From: Shigella phage EP23
Sequence record: JN984867
DNA: 44,077 bases
Direction: 5' to 3' (one strand)
Each line of letters begins with the position of its first letter. Position 1 is the first letter of the stretch. The notes beneath the pieces are model-generated. The model saw only the letters and a program-made list of their open reading frames with translations, ran no database searches and was not told the DNA's origin. The translations under genes and the position numbers were made by a program. Below, in pieces: positions 33,532 to 41,252 of the stretch.

Positions 33532-34954
33532 TGCTTAAGTCCTCGTCAGTAGCTACAGACCACGCAGGGCGCGGGTCGTCGATGGGTGCTAATACCGGTT
33601 TAGCTGGTGCGCGCGTGATTTTATCACACAGCTTCGCCCATACTTTCGGCTTCTCGTCCTTCAATACCTTCTCGGCATCAGTAGGGCTGAGTAATGTTTC
33701 TTTGTACATCACATCGCGCTTGATCCGGGCCTTCGTGAAGATTTCAATCACTTCGCTTTCGTCCGCCCACTTGCGAATCCCTTCCTTACCTGCAACCATC
33801 TTGAGGCCCAGCGATTCGCCGTCGCCCGCCATCACAGCCTTGAATACCGCGGACTCGATAGCCTTGATGTGCTGGCGCATTGCGTCCAGGCCTTCATAAG
33901 CCTTGCGCAGTTCCGCGGCGGTCATAGCGCCGGGGGCCGCTTCTTTCTTGCCACGCTTCGCACGTCGTGCCGCTTTGCGGGCTTCGCGGGCCATATTGCG
34001 GTCGTGATTGGCGCATTCTTCCTCTGTCGCAATACTCACGTCGTCGCCCAGGTCTTCGTCTGTTGCCGTTGGTGGGGTCATCGTGCCGATTGCAGCCTTA
34101 GCGCGGGCGCTACACTGATCCGCAAATCTGCACCACTGACACGCATCAACGCTCGGTCGGAAGTCGGCGCGGGTGAGTCCCTTTTTTCCGCGGGAGTACG
34201 CTTCCAGGGCGGCGATAGCACGCTTGGACGCAAACTTAGCGAATATCTCCAGGGCTTCTACCGAAATATCCCACTCCGACGCCCCGCCGCAATACGGCTG
34301 GAAGATAACAAGGCGCACGGTTGTAATGTCGTACATAGTTTTCAGCTTGCGCAGCAAGCCCAGCGCATACAACATAAGCTGTTTGTTTTCTTTCGCCTCG
34401 ACCTTATGCCGCCCCGTCTTCAGGTCGCCAACAATCAGCATGTACGTGCCGTCGGTCTTCTTCATGACCATGACCATATCGGCAGTACCGAACGTCTTAA
34501 CCCGGTTGCCGTCGATCTCGAAGCCTGAGTGAAGGACGCGGGTCAGATCGGCGCGCATCTCAAGCTGAACAAACTCCGCCACTTCGAGGAGCGGTCGCCA
34601 GTGGTCGATGTACGCGTCGCACTGTTTCACCATGTCGTCGTTGACCAGTACGCCGCCTTTCGGTGCTTTCGGGTGGGCCTTTACCGGCCCCTTACCTTCG
34701 TTCTCTACGTAGCACCCTTTGTACGTCTTAGCGGTTATCAGCTTCTCCCCGGCAATGATGCGGTTTAGCACCACTTCAGATACGGTGTGCATACTCGTAC
34801 CGTTAATCGCCGCTTGCCCGGATTCGTTCGGGATATCTTTTTCCACCACCAGGGCGGCGGGACACCCCATCCATTTTTTAGCACCGGATGGGCCAAGTAA
34901 TGAGTGTTCCGTATTACTACCGGATTGCGTTTTACGTTTTGGTTTAATCGCCAT
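33524..34954 (-). CDS. DUF2800 / Cas4-like PD-(D/E)XK exonuclease
   Basis: 476 aa. LLGPSGAKKWMGCPA N-terminal motif, GDLKTGRHKV, C-terminal Cys cluster CQWCRFADQC. Confidence 0.75.
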   Translation of the reverse strand: MAIKPKRKTQSGSNTEHSLLGPSGAKKWMGCPAALVVEKDIPNESGQAAINGTSMHTVSEVVLNRIIAGEKLITAKTYKGCYVENEGKGPVKAHPKAPKGGVLVNDDMVKQCDAYIDHWRPLLEVAEFVQLEMRADLTRVLHSGFEIDGNRVKTFGTADMVMVMKKTDGTYMLIVGDLKTGRHKVEAKENKQLMLYALGLLRKLKTMYDITTVRLVIFQPYCGGASEWDISVEALEIFAKFASKRAIAALEAYSRGKKGLTRADFRPSVDACQWCRFADQCSARAKAAIGTMTPPTATDEDLGDDVSIATEEECANHDRNMAREARKAARRAKRGKKEAAPGAMTAAELRKAYEGLDAMRQHIKAIESAVFKAVMAGDGESLGLKMVAGKEGIRKWADESEVIEIFTKARIKRDVMYKETLLSPTDAEKVLKDEKPKVWAKLCDKITRAPAKPVLAPIDDPRPAWSVATDEDLSNE

Positions 34955-35133
34955 TATTCCACCCGTGTAAACTGGACAATTACATATTTCACATTCGCCA
35001 AGCCCGCTTTTTCGACACGGCTGCGCACTTCATGCTGCGCATCGGTCCAGCACATCGAGGCGTCCTTGTTAACAACAAGAAAAGAGAAATGGTCGTTTAA
35101 TTCGTGGCAAGTTGCCAGCACGAAAAATTTCAT
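34954..35133 (-). CDS. small hypothetical protein (59 aa; below the ORF-track cutoff)
   Basis: Translated by hand: MKFFVLATCHELNDHFSFLVVNKDASMCWTDAQHEVRSRVEKAGLANVKYVIVQFTRVE. TAATG overlaps at both ends indicate translational coupling. Confidence 0.5.
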   Translation of the reverse strand: MKFFVLATCHELNDHFSFLVVNKDASMCWTDAQHEVRSRVEKAGLANVKYVIVQFTRVE

Positions 35134-35384
35134 TATTTTGTCTCCCAGCGGTCAATTGTTTTTGCTTCGGATGCAACGGCGAAGCGAACATATTCCAGAT
35201 TGGAGTCAGCCCAAATATAAAAATCGGGGTTAGTAAAGGTGGTGCGCTTAATTTGCGCGGGGGTGTTGCGGCGTTTATCTATTACGGCAACGCGGGATTG
35301 AAAGCTGCCGATGCGTTCGAATAGCCAATAGTACGGGCGCTGGTCGCGGGAATCCACCGCCTCGATTAGCGTGAATCGTGCCAT
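35133..35384 (-). CDS. hypothetical protein (83 aa)
   Basis: ORF with a GGACGAGA SD-like sequence, directly downstream of the terminator at 35397-35424. Confidence 0.5.
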   Translation of the reverse strand: MARFTLIEAVDSRDQRPYYWLFERIGSFQSRVAVIDKRRNTPAQIKRTTFTNPDFYIWADSNLEYVRFAVASEAKTIDRWETK

Positions 35385-35396
35385 TGTCTCGTCCTC

Positions 35397-35424
35397 TAAA
35401 AAGAGGCCCGCTAATATGCGGGCC
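35397..35424 (-). terminator. intrinsic terminator
   Basis: On the minus strand: GGCCCGC-ATATTA-GCGGGCC followed by TCTTTTT. Confidence 0.7.
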
Positions 35425-35432
35425 GGATAATA

Positions 35433-35558
35433 TTAATCTTCACCGCCGAGTTGTTTATAAACCTCGTCCGGGTCGTCGCCTCTTTCTTCGCAGAAGGCGG
35501 TGAATGCCGCCCAATTTTCTGCTATGAAATCGAGCATGATTCTCATTTCATAGTCCAT
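35433..35558 (-). CDS. small acidic protein (41 aa; below the ORF-track cutoff)
   Basis: Translated by hand: MDYEMRIMLDFIAENWAAFTAFCEERGDDPDEVYKQLGGED. Starts 4 nt after the upstream stop. Confidence 0.4.
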   Translation of the reverse strand: MDYEMRIMLDFIAENWAAFTAFCEERGDDPDEVYKQLGGED

Positions 35559-35562
35559 GATA

Positions 35563-36078
35563 TTAATCTTCCAGTTCGAAATAAGTTTCGACGATTTCTT
35601 TTAGCTCTTTGTGGAAGTCTTCGACGTCGTCATCTTCCAGCTTAGCGATTGATTTGATCTCGAACGATTCCAGAAGGTCGTCGAATTCGTCGTTCGCATC
35701 GTCGTCATCGCCACCGGCGATAATCGCGGCATACTGTTTGATTTCGTCGCGCATCTCCGCCAGCGGATCGGCATCTTTCTTACCTTTGCCTTTCGCCGGT
35801 GCTTTCTTAGACTTAGCCGGTTTTTCGTCTTCGGCATCGGCATCGTCGTCGTCATCTTCTACGACTTCTTTTTTGGCCTTACCTTTCGCCGGTGCTTTTT
35901 TGGTTTTCGCCGGGGCTTCGTCTTCAGCGTCGTCATCTTCTACGACTTCTTTTTTGGCCTTAGACGGCTTCTTGTCTTCCTGTTTACCAACGGCAGCGCC
36001 AACGGTTTCATAATGCTTAGCGATGATTTCCAGTGCTACTACGCCGCGAGTGATCAGGTTTACGATTTGCTCAAACAT
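35563..36078 (-). CDS. highly acidic early protein with Lys/Ala-Asp/Glu repeats (171 aa)
   Basis: SD GGAGA before the ATG at 36078. Repeats KKEVVEDDD..DE.PAK.KKAPAKGK. First gene downstream of the strong 36275-36303 promoter. Confidence 0.65.
   Translation of the reverse strand: MFEQIVNLITRGVVALEIIAKHYETVGAAVGKQEDKKPSKAKKEVVEDDDAEDEAPAKTKKAPAKGKAKKEVVEDDDDDADAEDEKPAKSKKAPAKGKGKKDADPLAEMRDEIKQYAAIIAGGDDDDANDEFDDLLESFEIKSIAKLEDDDVEDFHKELKEIVETYFELED
35780..35965. repeat. tandem ~81-bp repeats within the acidic protein gene
   Basis: gtcatcttctacgacttcttttttggcctta occurs at 35851-35881 and 35932-35962. cctttcgccggtgcttt recurs nearby. Confidence 0.8.
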
Positions 36079-36274
36079 GGTATATCTCCGATTGGTTAAG
36101 TTTAGGTGTCGACCATTAACTTCGTCGGTGGCCTTAACATAGTGCCAGGTTACGCGTTCTCCCGTTCGGGTAGTGGACCTGGTTATATAATCACGGTTGG
36201 GAATCCTGACACTTCGATCCGGCCCCTGCGTTGCCCCTCTCCAGTTTGCGTCCTGCATCCTGTCGACGAGGTGA

Positions 36275-36303
36275 ATATTAGATTGGTTGCAGAAGGGAGT
36301 CAA
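36275..36303 (-). promoter_or_regulatory. strong sigma70-like early-left promoter
   Basis: On the minus strand: TTGACT-17 nt-TAATAT, with TGCAACCAA in the spacer. About 190-nt leader before the ATG at 36078. Confidence 0.65.
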
Positions 36304-36313
36304 CAACTAATTT

Positions 36314-36350
36314 AAAAAAAAAAAGCGCCGAAGCAAAATGCGACGGCGCT
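36314..36350 (-). terminator. strong intrinsic terminator with no upstream protein gene
   Basis: On the minus strand: AGCGCCG-13-nt loop-CGGCGCT followed by T11. Confidence 0.8.
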
Positions 36351-36372
36351 AACCAATAAGAGACAATGAGAC
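36314..36372 (-). ncRNA. candidate ~60-nt small RNA (promoter-to-terminator unit)
   Basis: Bounded by the candidate promoter at 36379-36407 and the T11 terminator. No ORF. Purely structural prediction. Confidence 0.3.
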
Positions 36373-36378
36373 GGGAGT

Positions 36379-36407
36379 ATTATTACACGCGTGCGCGCCC
36401 GTTTCAA
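36379..36407 (-). promoter_or_regulatory. candidate promoter of the sRNA unit
   Basis: On the minus strand: TTGAAA-17 nt-AATAAT, preceded by TGT (extended -10). Back to back with the plus-strand promoter at 36421. Confidence 0.4.
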
Positions 36408-36420
36408 TATCCCAAAGGAG

Positions 36421-36449
36421 TTGACACCCTGCGGTTTTAGGTGTAGTTT
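36421..36449 (+). promoter_or_regulatory. sigma70-like early-right promoter
   Basis: TTGACA-17 nt-TAGTTT, then SD GGAGA and the ATG at 36481. Confidence 0.6.
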
Positions 36450-36480
36450 CATTGGTCATTAACCAACCGGAGACAGAATA

Positions 36481-36810
36481 ATGAATATCAACGACGCAAT
36501 CGAAATGCTAACGAAGACTGTCTGCAGTGAGACTAGCCGGTCCTGGGCGTATACCGATGCCGTGGGGGCGGTGCTATTTGAAATCGAACGTCTGCGACTT
36601 ACCGAAAAAGAATTGCGCGCGAAGCTGGAATTACTCAACGGTACGGCAGCCAGCAAGCTGCAAAAGCACAATGAAGAAATGGAAGAATACAAAAAACAGG
36701 TTATCCGTTTGCGCGCCGAGGGAAAATCCTGGGCGATGATCGCTGAGTTGACAGGAATTAATCAGAGCACCGTGCGCTCCTGGGTACGCAATAACAAAAC
36801 TTCGAAGTAA
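36481..36810 (+). CDS. HTH DNA-binding protein (109 aa)
   Basis: C-terminal helix-turn-helix KSWAMIAELTGINQSTVRSWVRNN. First gene of the rightward early operon. Confidence 0.6.
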   Translation: MNINDAIEMLTKTVCSETSRSWAYTDAVGAVLFEIERLRLTEKELRAKLELLNGTAASKLQKHNEEMEEYKKQVIRLRAEGKSWAMIAELTGINQSTVRSWVRNNKTSK

Positions 36811-36820
36811 GGCAACGGCA

Positions 36821-39085
36821 ATGAGCTTAATTAAATTCGCTGTAACACGACCCGCTAAAAAAGGCGAAAAAGCCAGGGCGGAAAACTTCCAGATGACCAC
36901 CGATGAATTTTTCGAATTTATCAATGACGCGAAAGAAATATCATCGGTGCATATCAACAAGACCGAGGATAAAGCGGAGTATGCGCGCCGCAAGCGTAAG
37001 GCCGATGGCATCGTAGCGTATACCAGTGACGGCTTACGCCGCAAGACCAGCGCGGTGGACCGCTCGATCCTGTTCTTTGATATTGACCGCACCGACACTC
37101 GCACCTTACGCCGCTGCCGTAAGGCGTTCATTGACGCGGGTCTGGAACACGTATTCCACACAACCACCGGCGACCGCCACCCGCTTAAAGGCGGCACGCG
37201 TTGCGCTCGCTTCCTGGTACTCACTGATAAGCCGGTCCCGGCTGAAGACCTGGGCCGTGTCCAGTATGCGCTATTACATCAACTTGGTCTGTCGGATGTG
37301 GACTTCGACGATTGCACGAAAGACACAAACCGCCTGATGTACCTGCCGCACCAGCAATCGGTTATTAAGTGCCACTACGGCAAACGTGCCCGCGTCCGTC
37401 GTCTGCTTCGCCTGGCGGATACGCTTGGCGTGGAGAAGGAAGAAGTACGCCGCGAGCTTACCCAGGGCGACGACGCAGTGGCGGACGGGATTCTGGACTG
37501 GTGCTTCCAGGCAGGATTTGAGGAGTTATCTTCCGGTCGCGGTTATGAAGTGCCATGCCCGAACGAACATCTGCACAGCGGCGAAGGGTCGACGGCTATC
37601 ATGGTCAAGGATGGCGAGATCCGTTTCAAGTGTATGCACACAGGCAACGAGTGTTGCTCTGAGCTAAATAGACACCAGCACCTGGCGCTACGTCTTATCG
37701 GGATACCGGACCACCTGAACGTCGAGCCGCACAACATGTCGCGTAAGCAAATCGCCGCCATCCTGCCAGGTCTGGACGACGAGGAAGTCGAATCCTTATA
37801 TGATCATATTGTTGATGCAGTTGGCGACGGCGAAGAATACGGCGTGTGCACCGATGCGGATCTGGATAACGAGCCGGTCGCACTATTCAGTAAGCACGAC
37901 CCGATCATCGAAGGCCTGGTCAACTTCAAATCGACCTGGTACATGGCTGGCGAGTCGAACATCGGTAAATCGTTCTACGTGCTGGGCCAAATGGGCGCGG
38001 TTGCCGCGGGGATTCCGTTCGGCGGTGCGAAGGTCGTCCAGTCTCATTGCTTCTATTTCGACGCGGAAGGTGGCGAAGCCTCCAACCAGCGTAAGGAAGC
38101 ATTGCAGATCAAATATGAGCACGACCTGGACAAGCTGCACATTATTGACCTGCAATCACGCGGCTGGGATATCACCAGCAAATCAGGCTTGCGTGAAGTT
38201 ATCAGCTTCATCAACCGCACCGCTAACGGCGAGCCGGTTGGCCTGGTGGCGTTCGACTCACTCAACCAGACTGTTGCGCTGCGGTCCGCCGATGCAAAAC
38301 CGTTCGACGAGAACAACGCCAGCGATATGGGCGAAGTGGTCAAAGCGCTGAAGGCCATTGCGGAAAATACAGGCGGCAGTGCGGGCGTCATCCACCACCC
38401 GGCGAAAGGTGCAAACGGCCGCAGATCTCCCCGTGGGTCCGGCGCGCTGCATGGTGCTGTCGATTCTGCGTTCTTCCTGGAGCAACCGGACGACAACCAG
38501 CCAGGTCAATTGAACCTGTATCACGAAAAGGCACGTAACGGCATCAAGCAAGCGCCGCGCGGCTTCGTCCTGCTCAAGTGCAAGGTTAAGGTGGATCTCC
38601 GCAAGTCCGAAGCGTTCGAAGCCCACCAGTCCACCAGCACCGGGCCAGACTTCGGCGATGTGGTTGCCGGTTGGGACGTCAAACCAATTGCGTCCACCCC
38701 GCGCGACGAGACTCTATACCTCGTACCGGTAGCCCTGGCACCGTTCGCGATAGAACAGGCGAAGGCGGCGGGCAAAGCCGCAGTTAAGGAAGAGAACACC
38801 GCCGGTCCGCGCAACGAAAAAGAGAAAGTGCTTTATGCGGCCCTGGAAAAACTGATGGCAGATAACCCTGACCATACTGGATTCAGTAAATCGGCAATTG
38901 TACGCCAGGCGGGACTCGCTAAGGGTGGCACTTCGACGAAGGCAATCGACGATATGGTCGAGCGCGGCGTGATTGGTTTCTATACAGACCCGCACACCGG
39001 GGCCATATATGGGTCGTCGAATTTAGTCATCAAATCGGAGATCCCCATAACGCTTTCGGCGACCGATGACGACCTGAAAGACTAA
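36821..39085 (+). CDS. primase-helicase (N-terminal primase/polymerase-like domain, zinc finger, RepA/DnaB-like ATPase)
   Basis: 754 aa. LFFDIDRTD, CPNEHLH...CMHTGNECC, Walker A GESNIGKS, Walker B VAFDSLNQ. Confidence 0.8.
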   Translation: MSLIKFAVTRPAKKGEKARAENFQMTTDEFFEFINDAKEISSVHINKTEDKAEYARRKRKADGIVAYTSDGLRRKTSAVDRSILFFDIDRTDTRTLRRCRKAFIDAGLEHVFHTTTGDRHPLKGGTRCARFLVLTDKPVPAEDLGRVQYALLHQLGLSDVDFDDCTKDTNRLMYLPHQQSVIKCHYGKRARVRRLLRLADTLGVEKEEVRRELTQGDDAVADGILDWCFQAGFEELSSGRGYEVPCPNEHLHSGEGSTAIMVKDGEIRFKCMHTGNECCSELNRHQHLALRLIGIPDHLNVEPHNMSRKQIAAILPGLDDEEVESLYDHIVDAVGDGEEYGVCTDADLDNEPVALFSKHDPIIEGLVNFKSTWYMAGESNIGKSFYVLGQMGAVAAGIPFGGAKVVQSHCFYFDAEGGEASNQRKEALQIKYEHDLDKLHIIDLQSRGWDITSKSGLREVISFINRTANGEPVGLVAFDSLNQTVALRSADAKPFDENNASDMGEVVKALKAIAENTGGSAGVIHHPAKGANGRRSPRGSGALHGAVDSAFFLEQPDDNQPGQLNLYHEKARNGIKQAPRGFVLLKCKVKVDLRKSEAFEAHQSTSTGPDFGDVVAGWDVKPIASTPRDETLYLVPVALAPFAIEQAKAAGKAAVKEENTAGPRNEKEKVLYAALEKLMADNPDHTGFSKSAIVRQAGLAKGGTSTKAIDDMVERGVIGFYTDPHTGAIYGSSNLVIKSEIPITLSATDDDLKD

Positions 39086-39173
39086 ATCCTATTTTGAGTG
39101 TTTTTAGCTGGTCGCATTGGTTGCCGTGCAGTATAAATATAGTGAATAGTTATGCAATAAAACTGCATAAAGT

Positions 39174-39278
39174 AAGCGGGACAAAAAGCGGGACAAACTT
39201 GGGGCGGGACAAAGCGGGACAGCACCCCCGTCCCGCCCCGGATGACGCGGCCTGGAGAGGAGCGGGACAGGCGGGACA
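39174..39278. repeat. array of GCGGGACA boxes (module 2)
   Basis: GGGAC starts at 39178, 39190, 39206, 39216, 39264 and 39273. GTCCC lies at 39230. 39204-39234 matches 12248-12278 at 30 of 31 positions. Confidence 0.85.
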
Positions 39279-39332
39279 ACTCCCAGTCTTTCAGACTAGA
39301 CGGGGGTCAGCGGCCCCCCTCGTCTGAGACTG
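39263..39332 (+). repeat. 70-bp element, copy 2 (identical to 12308-12377)
   Basis: 70/70 identity by direct comparison. Confidence 0.95.
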
Positions 39333-39491
39333 CATAAAATCCGGGATTGCAAAATACACGGCAGCACATTGGAAATCGCGGTCGTCGATGAACTGGGCAA
39401 CCAATGCGAGTTGCAGAATGTGGTGTGAAAAATGCAGTTTGCAGTCACAGCTGATAGCGATCAACTTTTTCATGCGCATGATTAATATTGG

Positions 39492-39520
39492 TTGCATTCA
39501 TGCCAGCACCCTGCTAGATT
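39492..39520 (+). promoter_or_regulatory. sigma70-like promoter
   Basis: TTGGTTGCAT (-35 TTGCAT)-17 nt-TAGATT, followed by GGTTGCACACCAAC (the same post -10 sequence as at 6468), then SD GAGGG and the ATG at 39549. Confidence 0.6.
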
Positions 39521-39548
39521 GGTTGCACACCAACATGAGGGCTGAACA

Positions 39549-39875
39549 ATGAAAGCGATTATCTGGAATTACGCAATGGCTATGGCGAAGGCACAAGAAG
39601 CGGCGGAGTTCGCCGGGGAGGGGGCGGAAGCAGTAGAGAGACTATCGGCAGCGTGGTCCGTTGTTCGCGTCACGCAGCAGGCCATCGCCTGTATGCTTGA
39701 GCGCCGCTTCGACACGATGGCGGAGATCCAGCCGTTGGCGAACGCTATCCAGGACTACGCGCTTGCATTTGCCCGTGAACGCCTGGCGTATCGCTTCGGG
39801 ATCGGAGAGACGGCAGTGACAAACGTTGCCCGGATTAAAGCCCAGCGTGAGCTATTCGCCCAGCTTGCGAAATAA
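39549..39875 (+). CDS. hypothetical protein (108 aa)
   Basis: ORF with an SD, downstream of the 39492 promoter. Confidence 0.6.
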   Translation: MKAIIWNYAMAMAKAQEAAEFAGEGAEAVERLSAAWSVVRVTQQAIACMLERRFDTMAEIQPLANAIQDYALAFARERLAYRFGIGETAVTNVARIKAQRELFAQLAK

Positions 39876-39884
39876 GAGGCCAAA

Positions 39885-40154
39885 ATGACCCGTAGACGCG
39901 CAAAACAGCTTTCGTGGCATATCCCCCTGCATTGCATACGAATATGGGCTAAGAATGCGAATGCGGGGGACTCTGTGTACTGGTGCTATCGCGACGACGT
40001 TAAGCCGTTGACGCAGACTCGCTACTTGCACCAGTTCGCCGCGCAACATGATTTCTATGTGCGGACCTCCTTGCAACCAATGGGGATCCGTATTACATTA
40101 CGCCGGAAGCCCGCAGTCGAGCGGGTAGGCAAACACTGGAGACTGAGCAAATGA
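39885..40154 (+). CDS. hypothetical protein (89 aa)
   Basis: ORF 9 nt after the upstream stop. Basic. Confidence 0.5.
   Translation: MTRRRAKQLSWHIPLHCIRIWAKNANAGDSVYWCYRDDVKPLTQTRYLHQFAAQHDFYVRTSLQPMGIRITLRRKPAVERVGKHWRLSK
40071..40099 (+). promoter_or_regulatory. candidate internal promoter
   Basis: TTGCAA-17 nt-TACATT overlapping an exact TGCAACCAA (40072-40080), inside the 39885-40154 ORF. Confidence 0.3.
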
Positions 40155-40693
40155 AATTACTATTCCGCCGAAAATCAGATGGCCGCATTCTTAAGCCAAT
40201 ACAGACCCTTGACACCCATGTGCGACTTCACCACGCCGCAAGCGATCGTGTCTGGTGGGCGAATAAGGCAAAGCTGCCGGAGAAATACGAAATCCTCACG
40301 CATGATATTGAGCGCGGCGATGTGCTGCGTGATATTCGCGACGGGCAATTGTGGGTCGTTGAGCACACCAGCCAGCACGGCTTGCGTATGCAAACCCGCA
40401 AGGGCGGAGTAGTGGGTAACATACAGAGGGTTATGACGTACTTCGGGCTAATCCACTACGAGCGCGTGGGGCGCAAATACTGCCTGCGCAACCGCCAGCC
40501 TCATGAGCGCGCAACCTACGACTCCCACCAGGTGCAAGCGAAGATGGGCCGCGCCGTACACCAAATCGTCAATCGCTTTGATGCCGTGACGAACGCACAA
40601 CGCCATGCGCAGGAATACGGTGTTGGATTCATCCAGGTGGAACGAGACGGCAGCATGAAAGCCATCGACCCGCGCTCGGTGATTCTGAAATGA
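40151..40693 (+). CDS. hypothetical protein (180 aa)
   Basis: ATGA overlap with the upstream ORF. Confidence 0.6.
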   Translation: MKLLFRRKSDGRILKPIQTLDTHVRLHHAASDRVWWANKAKLPEKYEILTHDIERGDVLRDIRDGQLWVVEHTSQHGLRMQTRKGGVVGNIQRVMTYFGLIHYERVGRKYCLRNRQPHERATYDSHQVQAKMGRAVHQIVNRFDAVTNAQRHAQEYGVGFIQVERDGSMKAIDPRSVILK

Positions 40694-40836
40694 GTGCGAC
40701 GATCCGTGATATGCTTCAGCACAACCGCTTTGAAATAGGCGGTCGGGTATTTCGAAATTACTTCGTGGCGCGTGCATGGGCGCGCCATATTGGCAAACCG
40801 GAAGGGGAAATTCGATGCTATACGTCTTCGCGGTAG
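40690..40836 (+). CDS. small hypothetical protein (48 aa; below the ORF-track cutoff)
   Basis: ATGA overlap with the upstream gene. Hand translation: MSATIRDMLQHNRFEIGGRVFRNYFVARAWARHIGKPEGEIRCYTSSR. Confidence 0.4.
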   Translation: MSATIRDMLQHNRFEIGGRVFRNYFVARAWARHIGKPEGEIRCYTSSR

Positions 40837-40916
40837 TATGTGGCGGTAGTCTGGCGGCCCTGGTGCTGTTGGCGTCGGTTATTAGTCTGGTTAAATACCT
40901 ATGGGGCAGATTATGA
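40815..40916 (+). CDS. small single-pass membrane peptide (33 aa; below the ORF-track cutoff)
   Basis: SD GAAGGGGA, sequence MLYVFAVVCGGSLAALVLLASVISLVKYLWGRL. ATGA overlap with the next ORF. Confidence 0.45.
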   Translation: MLYVFAVVCGGSLAALVLLASVISLVKYLWGRL

Positions 40917-41200
40917 TTCATGATGTGATTTATTGGTTTGGTATGGCCAGCATGTTATGCCTGGTTACGGGAGTGCTGGGCGCAATATGGGTATTCCTGG
41001 TATGGCCTGCGGTGGAAGCTGCCAGCATTACCCGGATGACATTCGAGATCTACAAGCGCCGTGGAATAACGGAGCACCCGACCAGGCTTCGGATGTGGTG
41101 GCTGTGGTATCGGGATATGATAGGCGGTCGAACATTCGAAGCCGTCCGCTCATCCGGGTGGGAGTGGAAAGCCGTCGGCAAGTGGTCCGTTTTCGATTAA
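40913..41200 (+). CDS. membrane protein (95 aa)
   Basis: Hydrophobic N-terminal segment of about 40 aa (one or two TM helices; WFGMASMLCLVTGVLGAIWVFLVWPAV). The track start at 40901 is also possible. Confidence 0.5.
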   Translation: MIHDVIYWFGMASMLCLVTGVLGAIWVFLVWPAVEAASITRMTFEIYKRRGITEHPTRLRMWWLWYRDMIGGRTFEAVRSSGWEWKAVGKWSVFD

Positions 41201-41217
41201 TTATGCAAGCGTGATAT

Positions 41218-41252
41218 AGTCCCAGTGAGCTAAAACTTACTGGGACTTTTTT
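41218..41252 (+). terminator. intrinsic terminator immediately before the lysis genes
   Basis: AGTCCCAGT-12-nt loop-ACTGGGACT followed by TTTTTT, abutting the ATG at 41253. Confidence 0.7.

Noticed and set aside
35609-36013. 134-aa Ser-rich plus-strand ORF
   Set aside because: It is the complement of the Asp/Glu/Lys repeat gene. The poly-Ser content is the mirror of GAx/AAG codons.
36100-36300. tRNA or other known structured RNA in the long early-left leader
   Set aside because: I found no acceptor/T-arm pattern; GGTTGGGAATCC only superficially resembles a T-loop. It is kept only as an unexplained leader (see findings).
36631-37224. 197-aa minus-strand ORF across the HTH and primase genes
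   Set aside because: It is antisense to two supported plus-strand genes and has no start signals.
39291-39497. 68-aa minus-strand ORF in the 39.1-39.5 kb intergenic region
   Set aside because: It overlaps the conserved 70-bp element and the plus-strand promoter. It has no SD and runs against the local transcription direction. It is more likely non-coding regulatory DNA.
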